Notes: generated from the letters alone by a model not told the origin. A DNA stretch of 64,000 nucleotides from Methanothrix sp. (GCA_040770465.1 JAXGJB010000003.1:1-64000); one strand, 5' to 3'. Shown: positions 1 through 9,715, numbered from the stretch's first letter. Numbers and translations are program-made.

Positions 1-23
1 ATTAACTGACAAATCTTTAATAA

Positions 24-719
24 CTACTTTATCTTATTTTTAAATATATTTTTCATATGTTTCTGGAGATATCTTTCGAATACCTGGGCCAATATTTTCA
101 TAAATTTGATTGACTCGTTAAGATCTAATCTGGAGATATTAAGGACATAAGCTTCATGAGCTACAAAGTGACGGCGGTTGATGATCTCATTTAATTTGTC
201 TTCTATAAATCTGTCTGCCACTTTCCTTTTTGATCTTCTTTCGAAATCCTCTTTAATACGTACGAAAATATTAGGAATGCCCAAATTCTTGAACATCTCC
301 GTTACCAATTTAGAGTTGGGGTTGCTCTTGGTATCGATAAATACGACGGGATTAATTTTGCCAGAGATAACAAAATTGCAGGCTAGTTCAATGTCGGGAA
401 GCCTCTCTTTTTTATTCGGGCCCTTTGTAGCAATTTCTAGCGTTTTAATAACGCTGTGTGTTTGCATATCAACTGGCAAATTTTTAAATGGAACCTTTGG
501 TGTATGCGTTGTTAAGTTAGTTAGCTCTTCTTCAACTAAACGCTTCAAAAAATTCTCCCAGGATGCAACTATAAGAACTGCAGCACCGCCCCTTAATCCT
601 TCTACTGCTTTTTGTTCCTCAGGACGGGGCGGATCATTATAATTCTTTTCAATTTTTATAAGTTCTTCTGCCATCTGGATAGATTCCCCAAATTGCATTA
701 GCGCTGCTGATCTAACCAT
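24..719 (-). CDS. HEPN-domain protein (MAE_28990/MAE_18760 or RiboL-PSP-like), putative RNase effector
   Basis: N-terminal 'LIVASWENF' helix and C-terminal Rx4H motif 'RRHFVAH'. The ATG at 719 lies just downstream of the DUF262 stop. AT-rich. Confidence 0.75.
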   Translation of the reverse strand: MVRSAALMQFGESIQMAEELIKIEKNYNDPPRPEEQKAVEGLRGGAAVLIVASWENFLKRLVEEELTNLTTHTPKVPFKNLPVDMQTHSVIKTLEIATKGPNKKERLPDIELACNFVISGKINPVVFIDTKSNPNSKLVTEMFKNLGIPNIFVRIKEDFERRSKRKVADRFIEDKLNEIINRRHFVAHEAYVLNISRLDLNESIKFMKILAQVFERYLQKHMKNIFKNKIK

Positions 720-726
720 GCCATCA

Positions 727-1857
727 CTACCGGCAAATAGTTTGATTAAGCATTTCTTTAACAATTTTTATCCGTTCTCTGAAGGAGCCTGGCGCATTCG
801 TCCCCGCATCAATTGATTTCCTGAACTTTTCATCGCTAAACAGCGCTTTCATATTTTCGATTATTTCCTTTTGCTTGGGGAGAAGTTCTTCTGCTGAGAA
901 CCCATTACAAGCGAACATTTCTGCATCAAATAGTGCTGCCAAAATTTTGTTTTTCCACTTGTCTTTTTCGGGCATCCATCTCCTAAACGTATGATCCCCA
1001 AAAGCTGCTTCAACGGCTTCAATATTATGCAAAAAATCTGTCTTAGCTGTTTTGATATCTGCTGGACTCATGTTCTGGTTATCTATCATATATTGAGTCA
1101 TATTACGCTTCATTTCACCTGTGAATCTTTGCAAGTTATCCTTAAATGTAAAATATCTAAGCACAAATTCTGCATCTTTCATCTCCTTGTATATTGCTGA
1201 ATTCTCCTTATTTTTTCCAACACCTAACAACCTGTGAAATTTATTATTCTCTGACAATTCTAATATTAGATCATTTAAAGGACCTGGATAAGCGCTGTTT
1301 CTTATTTCTTGTTCGTTTAACTTTACACCACCCGTATTTAAGCGCTGAAACACTTCAAATTTTAATGTCTCATCAGATTGACGTAATATAATAATCGCTC
1401 TTAGAGTTGGTCTAGTCCTGATTACATTTTGTAGTTCAATTGGGAGGTCATTAAAAGACATATTATTTATATCAGAAAAAATTTTTAATCCTTCTAATAC
1501 CAACTCTCCCCGGAAGAAGTCACTAATTGCAATCAAACGCTGTTTTCCGTCAATTACAGAATATTGCCCATATTTATCTTCATTGAGAAATATTGGCGGC
1601 ACTGGAACGTTCATGAGAAATGACTCTATAAGTTTAGATTTCTTGCTGTTGTCCCACCGCTCTCTTCTTTGATATGCAGGAGATAGATTAATTTCCTCTG
1701 ATATTACTAATTCTGCTAAGGATTTTAAACTATAATCAACTACGCTGGTTACTAATTCTTTCTGTTTCTCCTCCCAAAATTTAACTGTGTCCTCCTCAGA
1801 ACACTCGTCGTCATTCTTACTTACTTCGTAATCTATTTTATACTCATTTTGTGGCAT
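727..1857 (-). CDS. DUF262 (GmrSD N-terminal, ParB/Srx-like) domain protein
   Basis: Motifs 'PAYQRRERW', 'LIESFLMNVPVPPIFL', 'VIDGKQRL' and 'FQRLNTGGVKLNEQEIRN'. Confidence 0.9.
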   Translation of the reverse strand: MPQNEYKIDYEVSKNDDECSEEDTVKFWEEKQKELVTSVVDYSLKSLAELVISEEINLSPAYQRRERWDNSKKSKLIESFLMNVPVPPIFLNEDKYGQYSVIDGKQRLIAISDFFRGELVLEGLKIFSDINNMSFNDLPIELQNVIRTRPTLRAIIILRQSDETLKFEVFQRLNTGGVKLNEQEIRNSAYPGPLNDLILELSENNKFHRLLGVGKNKENSAIYKEMKDAEFVLRYFTFKDNLQRFTGEMKRNMTQYMIDNQNMSPADIKTAKTDFLHNIEAVEAAFGDHTFRRWMPEKDKWKNKILAALFDAEMFACNGFSAEELLPKQKEIIENMKALFSDEKFRKSIDAGTNAPGSFRERIKIVKEMLNQTICR

Positions 1858-2040
1858 GACTCTCCCTCAGGATATATGAAATTACTGAGACCCGTCTCCC
1901 TCCAGCTTTAAATACCTTATCCAACTTCCATCTGAGCGGGAGTCTATTTTTCTCCACTATAGCAATACATTTAGTCGACAAATAACAATCTGTAGGATCA
2001 CGGATAGCCGGTTAATAGAAATCCTCGACAAACTGAGCAT

Positions 2041-2160
2041 TTACTCCGCCACCACCACGACGGCGTCCATCTCCACCAGGAACGCCTGGCGCGCGGACCC
2101 AATGCCGATGTCGCCTTTTTCGCCTCCTGGGCAGCCAGCTTGAGGTTGGCCGATGGACTG
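2041..2160 (-). pseudogene. Possible RidA/YjgF-family C-terminal remnant
   Basis: Short GC-rich patch reading 'ANLKLA...' in one frame and 'ARQAFLVEMDAVVVVAE*' in another, resembling the RidA C-terminus (FLVEIEAVAV). No start codon context. Confidence 0.3.
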
Positions 2161-2233
2161 GAGGGCCGCAGGCGAGGATGGGCTAAGATCGGTATGATGA
2201 AAATGAAAGAAATCATTCATCCGAAGCTCATTT

Positions 2234-2995
2234 TCATTCTCCCGCCAGCAGGAGCAGCTTCCCGATGGAATCCCGGACTTCATTCTGCTTCATCCTTTCA
2301 TACATATCGACTGCATCGATGTCGCTCGGGATCTCCCGCAGCACTTCCACAAGGAACGGGTTCTCATGAAGCCTCTCACCAAGATATTGAATATCGATCT
2401 CAGTTCCCCCGGCGTCAGGGTCGATGAGCGCTATAACATCGGCGCGATCCTTCCGCAGCTTGCTCTTCTCCCATTCCTCATCGTCGGCTGTTCCATTCTG
2501 TATCCGGAACGAGCGATCCCATGCAGCCTTGAGCTTGAAGATCATGAGCAGCGTTCTTTCGGGCACGATCACAGAAACAGAAGAACCTGGGCTGATCTCT
2601 CTTGCTTCAGTGCGGCCGTCAAGAAGCGAAAACGGGAGTTTCTCATCTCTCCCCTCAAACCTGCAGATATCCTCTCGCGACCCAAAATCGATCAGTATCG
2701 ATTCTTCTTGGATATTTTTCACAACAGTGGTGGGAACCATCGGATCTCTCTCGTGAACAAATCCGCGCTTGTCCCTGAGGTATTTCATCATGCGCTGCCT
2801 GGTTTTGTTGTTGGTGACAAGATCGATATCAACCGAGCCATACCACTTGTTGTAGCTGTACACCGCCCAGCCGCCGATCAAAACGGTGATGGGATCTCTC
2901 TCATTCTTCTCTCGAGCACGCACCCAGCGAAATATGTCGATCAGCTCCTCTCGCGATGCGTCCACGATCGTTCTCGGGGCTTTATAAGCGGTCAT
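2234..2995 (-). CDS. Nucleotidyltransferase, AbiEii-like type IV TA toxin
   Basis: 'VLIGGWAVYSY...GSVDIDLV' Pol-beta-like motif, plus 'LMIFKLKA' and 'KDRADV'. The ATG at 2995 overlaps the stop of the upstream gene. Confidence 0.75.
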   Translation of the reverse strand: MTAYKAPRTIVDASREELIDIFRWVRAREKNERDPITVLIGGWAVYSYNKWYGSVDIDLVTNNKTRQRMMKYLRDKRGFVHERDPMVPTTVVKNIQEESILIDFGSREDICRFEGRDEKLPFSLLDGRTEAREISPGSSVSVIVPERTLLMIFKLKAAWDRSFRIQNGTADDEEWEKSKLRKDRADVIALIDPDAGGTEIDIQYLGERLHENPFLVEVLREIPSDIDAVDMYERMKQNEVRDSIGKLLLLAGE

Positions 2996-4010
2996 AGATC
3001 TCCACAAGTTTAAGTGTGAGGTCGCGACCTGCATACCCAAGGCCCGCACAGTCGAGGAGCGCCTGGGCGGGTGAGACAAGCCAAACTCCCTGGACGGAGG
3101 ACATCCTGCGATCCCCGAAGACATTGCGGTCTGGCGCATAGATTCGTACAGCCGTTCCCTCCTCATCCTCGACGTCGAACATCCCAGAAAGCTCATCGAT
3201 ATTTTTCTTTTCGAGATACAGGTAGACCGAATCGTGCCTTGCGCTGTATCCAGTGTAAATCTCTCCGGCAGTGTAGCTGGAAAATGCGCTTGGAATCCTC
3301 TGCTCATCGCAGACGAGACAAATTTCCTGAGCGAGCGCCATTGGGCTCTTGGCAGCTATCCGGATCTCCTGGGCAAAGAGCTTCTCAAACGGACGCTCCC
3401 AAGCTATGCCGTTTAGAAGCTTGTTGATATCAGTGACCTTTACAAGCCCTCTATCGGCCGATACGATCCCCTTTGACGCGAGAGCCTTCACCGTCGCATG
3501 GGTCCAGCCGTACGAGACGCCAGACCCGATTGCAAGCTGCCTGATCGAAGCCTCTTTTATCTTGAGAAGATGTGAGATGGCTTGCCAGGACTTGGGGGAT
3601 GTGAGCTTCGCAGGCAATGCGCTGGACTTGTAGCGGGCTTCTTCCAGGTTCACGTCAGCTGGCAGCTTGATGAATCGTATACCTGTCTTCTTAGCGGCTT
3701 CTGCAGCTTCCGGCGCTATCCGTTTCCCCGCAATGATGAATTCGATATCGTAAGCGCTGATGTTATCGGCATTCAGGAGCAGTTTCAGCAGCACAAGCCG
3801 GGATAGGGCTTCGAGGCGGACGATCCGTTTGATCTCGACGACGTACGTTTTACCGCCGTCTTCGATGATCAGGTCAAACTGAATGGGGTAGTCGTCGCTG
3901 AGCTCGCCCTCCTCCTTTATCAATGCGCTCTCGCCGAATTCAAGCTCTCTGCGAAGCAACGCGATCAGCTCAGAGCCGTAGGGTGAGGTCATCTTCATGA
4001 GTGGTATCAT
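2982..4010 (-). CDS. AbiEi-like antitoxin/regulator: PD-(D/E)xK-like N-domain, winged HTH and AbiEi-type C-domain
   Basis: 'FDLIIEDGGKTYVVEIKR', HTH 'SIRQLAIGSGVSYGWTHATVKALASKGIV' and C-terminal 'LVSPAQALLDC'. Translationally coupled to the nucleotidyltransferase. Confidence 0.7.
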   Translation of the reverse strand: MIPLMKMTSPYGSELIALLRRELEFGESALIKEEGELSDDYPIQFDLIIEDGGKTYVVEIKRIVRLEALSRLVLLKLLLNADNISAYDIEFIIAGKRIAPEAAEAAKKTGIRFIKLPADVNLEEARYKSSALPAKLTSPKSWQAISHLLKIKEASIRQLAIGSGVSYGWTHATVKALASKGIVSADRGLVKVTDINKLLNGIAWERPFEKLFAQEIRIAAKSPMALAQEICLVCDEQRIPSAFSSYTAGEIYTGYSARHDSVYLYLEKKNIDELSGMFDVEDEEGTAVRIYAPDRNVFGDRRMSSVQGVWLVSPAQALLDCAGLGYAGRDLTLKLVEIYDRL

Positions 4011-4015
4011 CGTTT

Positions 4016-4089
4016 ACTGATATGTATATAAAGTTATCAGTGATATCCTATATCGGTTTTCAGTGATAGGTTATAATGATATCAGTGAT
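4016..4089 (-). promoter_or_regulatory. TATA box with operator array upstream of the TA operon
   Basis: ACTGATA (4016-4022) and TATCAGT (4035-4041) flank a minus-strand TTTATATA. TCAGTGAT recurs at 4037, 4060 and 4082. Confidence 0.65.
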
Positions 4090-4172
4090 CGCTGGCAGAT
4101 TGGGCCACCAGCTTCCAGCGCCGTCCGGATAGAGACAAGCCTATTCATATCTTGAGCAAGAAAAAGATACCT

Positions 4173-4736
4173 ATGTACATCCCGATCATCCTCGGGACCG
4201 CCCGGGAGGGGCGCGAATCCGAGAAGGTCGCCCGGTTCATGCTTGAGAAGGCCACCGAGTTCGGCCTCGATAGCGAGATCATCGACGTCCGCGATTATCG
4301 GCTCCCTGCGACCGACAACACCAAGACCTCGGATGCAGCTGCGAGGCTGAAGGAGCGGGTCCTGAGAGCCGACGGTCTTGTCATCGTCTCGCCGGAGTAC
4401 AACCACGGCTACCCCGGCGAGCTGAAGATGATGCTGGACATGCTCTACGAGGAGTACTTCGGAAAGCCCGTCGGAATCTGCGGCGTCTCCTCCGGGGTCT
4501 TCGGCGGCGCCAGGATGATCGAGCATCTCGTCGCAACCTGCGTCCGCTTCCACATGCTCCCCACTGGCGAGGTTCTCTACTTTCCCAAGGTCCAGGAGCT
4601 CTTCGACGAGGCCGGGGCGATCAAGAAGGAGGCCTACCACCGGCGGGCGAATAAGTTCCTCGCCGTCCTCGCCGAGTACGCCGAAGCCCTCCGGCGCGGC
4701 AGGGGCGGCAGCGATCTCGGAGATGCAAAGCACTGA
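4173..4736 (+). CDS. NADPH-dependent FMN reductase
   Basis: 'ILGTAREGRES', 'SPEYNHGYPGELKMMLD' and 'SSGVFGGAR'. Confidence 0.9.
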   Translation: MYIPIILGTAREGRESEKVARFMLEKATEFGLDSEIIDVRDYRLPATDNTKTSDAAARLKERVLRADGLVIVSPEYNHGYPGELKMMLDMLYEEYFGKPVGICGVSSGVFGGARMIEHLVATCVRFHMLPTGEVLYFPKVQELFDEAGAIKKEAYHRRANKFLAVLAEYAEALRRGRGGSDLGDAKH

Positions 4737-5108
4737 TGCCTGTTGCACCATCGTAACCAAAAATCAGAGAAGATCGGCGTCGTTTCATTCGCGATGGGTG
4801 GAGAGACGGGCTTCAATCCAGCGGGCGTACGATCGGAGTTCGCGGCGGGGCATCAACCCGAATTTATCGGTTTTTGAGGGCCAAAACTCCAAATTCTCGG
4901 CTATTTTCCGCAGCTTTAAATATCGATGAAGAGTTACGAGCGCCCATCTGCACTAACCTCGAATTGAGGACGAACTTAAATTATAAATTTTGGCGGCATG
5001 GGCCGAAGGTGTTAATAAGTTAGGGCTCTTACAGGACTGGTTGAAGATCGGACCAAGAGGGGGTACTTTGTCGCGCCTTCTGCCGCATCTCATCGGGGGA
5101 ATTCATCT

Positions 5109-7394
5109 TTGAGTCGGAGGGTTAACGGACATAAAACGCAGCAGATCACGCTGGAGGGCGTCTCCCTATCGGAGATGCCGATGGTCAGGACCACCGACGG
5201 CCACCTGATGAGGTGGAACAGGGAGGCCGTGGTGAACCAGCTTCTCAGGGAGACGAAGCTCTCAGAGCAGTTCTATCGGATCCCCGGCATCTCCGACGAG
5301 GAGGCGAAGGAGATCGCCCGGGAGGTGGAACGGAGGATCCGGTGGATGGACGTCAAGTTCCTCTCAGGCCCCCTGGTCAGGGAGATCGTCAACGTCATCC
5401 TCCTGGAGAGACACCACCTGGAGTGGAGGAACATCTGCACCCGGGTCGGAACCCCCGTCTACGACGCCCACCTCATCGACGTCGGCTCGGGCTTCGAGGC
5501 CCACGAGAACGCAAACCTCCAGGAGAACGCCGAGACGAGCCACAAGAAGAAGGCGGACAAGATATCCAAGGAGCAGTACCTCCTCCTCATCCCGCCCTAC
5601 CTCTCGGACCACCACCTGGCCGGCGACCTCCACATCCACGACCTGGAGTACTTCGGCACCCGCCCCTTCTGCCAGGACTGGGACCTCCGCTACTTCTTCT
5701 ACTACGGACTCATGCCCGACGGCTCGGGGACGAAGGCGTCCGTCGCGGGACCAGCCAAGAAGCCGGAGGTGGCGATGCTCCACGCCGTGAAGGCCCTCGC
5801 CTCGGCCCAGACCAACTTCGCCGGAGGCCAGGGGTTCTACAACTTCCTCACCTTCCTCGCCCCCTACCTCGAGGGGCTCGATTACTCTGAGATCTGCCAG
5901 CTGATGCAGATGTTCGTCTACGAGATGACCCAGATGATGGTGGCCCGGGGCGGCCAGGTCGTCTTCTCCTCCGTCCAGCTCAGCCCCGGCGTCCCCAAGC
6001 TCTGGCGGGACAAGCCCGTCGTCTACAAGGGCAAAGTCTGGGATGGAGTTGGGGCGCCCCTTCGGACCTACGGCGAGTTCGAGAAGGAGGTCCGCCTCGG
6101 GTTCAAGGCTCTGATGGAGGTGATGCTGGAGGGGGACTACTGGGGCAAGCCCTTCAACTTCCCCAAACCCGAGATCTCCATCGAGCCCGACTTCATGGCC
6201 GAGGACGATGAGTTCAACGCCGCCCATCCCGACCTTCCGACGTATCGGGATCTCTACCTCCTCACATTCAAGCTCGCCTCCAAGTTCGGCACACCCTACT
6301 ACGACAACCAGCTTCCCGCCTACCGGGGTGCGGGCAAGGGGATAAGCTGCTACCAATGCTGCGCGTATCAGTTCGCCGCCACCTTCGAGAGCGACGCCGC
6401 CTTCGAGGACAAGCTCTACTTCAAAGACGGGATGCACTTCTCCATGGGATCGTGGCAGGTCGTCTCTCTCAACTGCCCGAGGGCCGCCTACCTCGCCCGG
6501 GGCGACGACGACCTCCTCTTTGAGTACCTCCGGGGCCTGATGGACACCGCCGTCGAGATCTTCAAGGTCAAGCGGGAATGGATGAACCAGGTGGTCAATA
6601 ACCGGAGGATGCCCTTCGCGACCCAGAGGCCCAAAGACCCCCAGACCGGAAAGAAGGGGACTGTGGCCGTGGGACTGGAGGGGCTCGTCTACACCATCGG
6701 CGTCGTCGGGGTGAACGAGATGGTCCAGTTCCACACCGGTTCCCAGATGCACGAGTCGAAGGAGGCCTGGAAGCTGGCGGTTAGGGCGATGACCGAGATG
6801 GAGATCTACTCAAAAGAACTATCCCGGCGCCACGGCATGACGATCGCCCTCGCCCGGACCCCGGCGGAGACGGTGGTCCAGAGGTTCGCCGTCTCCGACC
6901 TCCTACGGGAGGAGTTTCGAGACTGCGCCACTCGGGTGGTGAAGGGCGACATAGAAACGGCCATGAACAGGATCCACTCGACCCGAGACCTTCCCGTCTA
7001 CTACACCAACGGGACCCACGTGCCGCCATCTCTCGACGTCACCATCTTCGAGAGGGCGAAGCTCGAGCACGTATTCTTCCCAATCGTCGACGGAGGAAAC
7101 ATATTCCACATCTTCCTGGGGGAGGCCGTCCCCGATCCCGAGGGGCTGATGGACTTCGCCATGAACCTGGCGAGGAGCACTCAGATAGGCTACTTCGCCT
7201 TCACAAGAGACATGACCGTCTGCCTCAGCTGCTTCTGCGTCTCCCCCGGCCTTAAGGAGGAGTGTCCGCGGTGCGGGTCCGACCATCTGGAGCACCTCTC
7301 CCGGGTCACCGGCTACCTCCAGTCGGTGAGCGGATGGAACGAGGCTAAAAAGCAGGAGCTGAAGGACAGGAACCGGTATTCGGACCTGAGCTGA
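5109..7394 (+). CDS. nrdD: Anaerobic (class III) ribonucleoside-triphosphate reductase
   Basis: N-terminal ATP-cone-like region, 'GDLHIHDL', 'YYTNGTH', CxxC...CxxC Zn site and glycyl-radical motif 'SRVTGYL'. Start is uncertain. Confidence 0.95.
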   Translation: MSRRVNGHKTQQITLEGVSLSEMPMVRTTDGHLMRWNREAVVNQLLRETKLSEQFYRIPGISDEEAKEIAREVERRIRWMDVKFLSGPLVREIVNVILLERHHLEWRNICTRVGTPVYDAHLIDVGSGFEAHENANLQENAETSHKKKADKISKEQYLLLIPPYLSDHHLAGDLHIHDLEYFGTRPFCQDWDLRYFFYYGLMPDGSGTKASVAGPAKKPEVAMLHAVKALASAQTNFAGGQGFYNFLTFLAPYLEGLDYSEICQLMQMFVYEMTQMMVARGGQVVFSSVQLSPGVPKLWRDKPVVYKGKVWDGVGAPLRTYGEFEKEVRLGFKALMEVMLEGDYWGKPFNFPKPEISIEPDFMAEDDEFNAAHPDLPTYRDLYLLTFKLASKFGTPYYDNQLPAYRGAGKGISCYQCCAYQFAATFESDAAFEDKLYFKDGMHFSMGSWQVVSLNCPRAAYLARGDDDLLFEYLRGLMDTAVEIFKVKREWMNQVVNNRRMPFATQRPKDPQTGKKGTVAVGLEGLVYTIGVVGVNEMVQFHTGSQMHESKEAWKLAVRAMTEMEIYSKELSRRHGMTIALARTPAETVVQRFAVSDLLREEFRDCATRVVKGDIETAMNRIHSTRDLPVYYTNGTHVPPSLDVTIFERAKLEHVFFPIVDGGNIFHIFLGEAVPDPEGLMDFAMNLARSTQIGYFAFTRDMTVCLSCFCVSPGLKEECPRCGSDHLEHLSRVTGYLQSVSGWNEAKKQELKDRNRYSDLS

Positions 7395-7578
7395 ACCGAC
7401 CACAAAGCCCGACTCCGTCCGGGGCGGGCACCATCTCATCTATCTTTTGACCTGTGGCCACCTGATGTATTCCTGAATTTTTTGAATTTATATGCCTCGG
7501 ATGATCTTCCGCAAGTGCTTATTCTACCAAAAGATTTTCTTAGACGAAGTACAAGGACATATCGGCGGGAGGCCTCTG

Positions 7579-9285
7579 ATGAGCTCGAAGATGATCTTAT
7601 TCTCCTTCTTGATGGCCCTGGCAGCCGTCCAGTCCATCTTCCTCGGGGCGGCGGATGCAGCCACCATCACCGTAGGTCCAGGGGGATTCGATCACGTCAG
7701 CATACAGGCCGCCATCGATGCCGCAAGCCCCGGTGACTTTGTGGTGGTCGCAAATGGGACTTATTACGAGAATCTGGTGGTGGACAAGCCCCTGTTCCTC
7801 CAGGCCTTCGGCGACGGCACCGATATTCCGATAATCGACGCCGGCGGGCTGGGCAGCGCCGTCACCCTCATCGCCGACGGCGTCGTCCTCGAGGGTTTCA
7901 TCCTCCAGAACGGCGGCTCCGGCCAGGCCGGGATCGATGTGAGGTCGAATGAGAACCAGATCCGAGGAAACCTGGTCACCGACAACCGGTGGTACGGCAT
8001 ATACCTGGAAGACGCCACAGGATGCGTCATCGAGGAGAATGTCATCTGGAAGAACAAGTACGGGATATGGATCAACGCCGGCTCCCAGGACAACCGGATC
8101 ACTAGAAACGTTCTCCAGGACAACAAAGACCGCAACGCCTTCGACCTCGGAACAGACCTCTGGGAGGGGAACTTCTACAGCGATTACGACGGGTCCCGCC
8201 CCGTCTACGAGATCGACGGCATATCGAGTGTCGACCGTTCTCCTTCGGGCCCGGAGATGGGGCCGGTCGTCGAAGAGCCGGTGGCAGAGGCGGGAAACGT
8301 CACCGAGGCGGATCATCACCCTGAGAATGATGATAATGAGGGTGGGGAAGAGTTTGGAGTGGAGACGACCGACCTCGTGGGAGGAAGTTCTGATTCGGGC
8401 TTGAATGATAGCCTGGGATCGACCGCCGGGACCGCTCTGGCTGGGACGGACATCAACCTGACCGATCTCGGTGCCGGGAACGGATCGGCTGATGGGAAGA
8501 ACGGAACCCTCGAAGCCTCGACTTTTATGGAGCCGAAAGAGCGGCCCCGAATAGACGCCATCCAGCTGAGCAGTCTTCTCGATGAAACCTCTGAGGAAGG
8601 AGCGGCGGAGAACGCCACATCTCCCGCCGCCGGTGACGCCGCAGTGGATGGCGAGCCTGACGGAGCGGAGGCGAATGGGGGAGAGGCGAACGAGTCTGCA
8701 GAGCCGGTAATCGAAGAGCCAGTCGTCGCTTTTGCCCCGGAGCCTGCGGCGGCACCCGCCGTTGAGGCCTACACCGCCGAGGACTGGACGAGGGACGGCG
8801 ATTCCTTCAGCAGGTCGGGCCGTTACTCCGACGCCGTCAGCTGCTACGATAACGCCGTCGAGATGGACCCGCAGCTCGCCGACGCCTGGGACGGGAAGGG
8901 GGACGCCCTGATGATGACCGGTCGGTACGACAGGGCCCTGGCGTGCTACGAGAGGGCCCTGGAGATCGACCCCGAATCGGCAGAGATCTGGTACCACAAG
9001 GGAAACGCCCTCCAGATGCTCCTCAGGTTCAACGATTCCCTCGTCTGTTACGACGAGGCCCTCAGGATAAATCCACGGTTCGCCGAGGCGTGGAACAGGA
9101 AGGGTATGACCTTAAACCGGCTCGGCCGCTACCAGGAGGCGATAACCTGCTTCGATGAGGCGATCGAGATCGAGGCCGGATACGCCGCCGCCTGGAGCAA
9201 CAAGAGCTGGTCCCTCCAGATGCTGGGAGACGACGATGCCGCAAAGGAGGCCTTCGACCAGGCGAGGGCCCTGGGATATGGCTGA
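7579..9285 (+). CDS. Secreted NosD/CASH beta-helix + acidic linker + TPR protein
   Basis: Signal peptide, 'SIQAAIDAASPGD...GTYYENLVVDK' and C-terminal TPRs ('AWDGKGDAL', 'AWNRKG'). Confidence 0.85.
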   Translation: MSSKMILFSFLMALAAVQSIFLGAADAATITVGPGGFDHVSIQAAIDAASPGDFVVVANGTYYENLVVDKPLFLQAFGDGTDIPIIDAGGLGSAVTLIADGVVLEGFILQNGGSGQAGIDVRSNENQIRGNLVTDNRWYGIYLEDATGCVIEENVIWKNKYGIWINAGSQDNRITRNVLQDNKDRNAFDLGTDLWEGNFYSDYDGSRPVYEIDGISSVDRSPSGPEMGPVVEEPVAEAGNVTEADHHPENDDNEGGEEFGVETTDLVGGSSDSGLNDSLGSTAGTALAGTDINLTDLGAGNGSADGKNGTLEASTFMEPKERPRIDAIQLSSLLDETSEEGAAENATSPAAGDAAVDGEPDGAEANGGEANESAEPVIEEPVVAFAPEPAAAPAVEAYTAEDWTRDGDSFSRSGRYSDAVSCYDNAVEMDPQLADAWDGKGDALMMTGRYDRALACYERALEIDPESAEIWYHKGNALQMLLRFNDSLVCYDEALRINPRFAEAWNRKGMTLNRLGRYQEAITCFDEAIEIEAGYAAAWSNKSWSLQMLGDDDAAKEAFDQARALGYG

Positions 9286-9676
9286 GCCCTCAGAAGAGGC
9301 GGCGATTCGGTCCCGCTCAAGCTCTCAAAACGTTCCACCTCCACCGAAGACGCCAGATGAATGCGATATGACCGAGAAGACCTCATGGCAAGCCCTCAAA
9401 AAAGAGGTTGAGTCACTCCGCCGTCTCCACGGCGACGCCATCTGCGACGCCGAAAAATGCCGCGATTTCAACCGGAAGATGGCGGACCTTCTGATGAGCC
9501 TCGAGGAGATGGAAGAGTTTCGGCTCGCCGACCGGGTGATGGACGCCCTCTCTGTCTGCAACCCCAAGACGGGCTCGCACTGCGACAACTCCGAGAGGAT
9601 GAAAGGGATCTTGGAGCGGCTCAGCGAGAGGGTGAACGAAAAGATGAAAGAGATGGCTGGCGATATCGGCCCCTGA
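9278..9676 (+). CDS. Hypothetical helical protein with Cys clusters
   Basis: ATG overlaps the upstream stop (alternative start at 9368). Motifs 'ICDAEKC' and 'VCNPKTGSHC'. Confidence 0.6.
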   Translation: MAEPSEEAAIRSRSSSQNVPPPPKTPDECDMTEKTSWQALKKEVESLRRLHGDAICDAEKCRDFNRKMADLLMSLEEMEEFRLADRVMDALSVCNPKTGSHCDNSERMKGILERLSERVNEKMKEMAGDIGP

Positions 9677-9715
9677 AATGGAGTGGGCGAGGTGCCTTGC
9701 CTTTGGCGCCACCAG

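Noticed and set aside
5364-6752. Long antisense ORFs (also 7597-8997, 9683-10975, 18437-20497, 29449-30957, 32940-34538, 47996-49453)
   Set aside because: These are shadow frames of well-supported genes in high-GC DNA, with no recognisable motifs.
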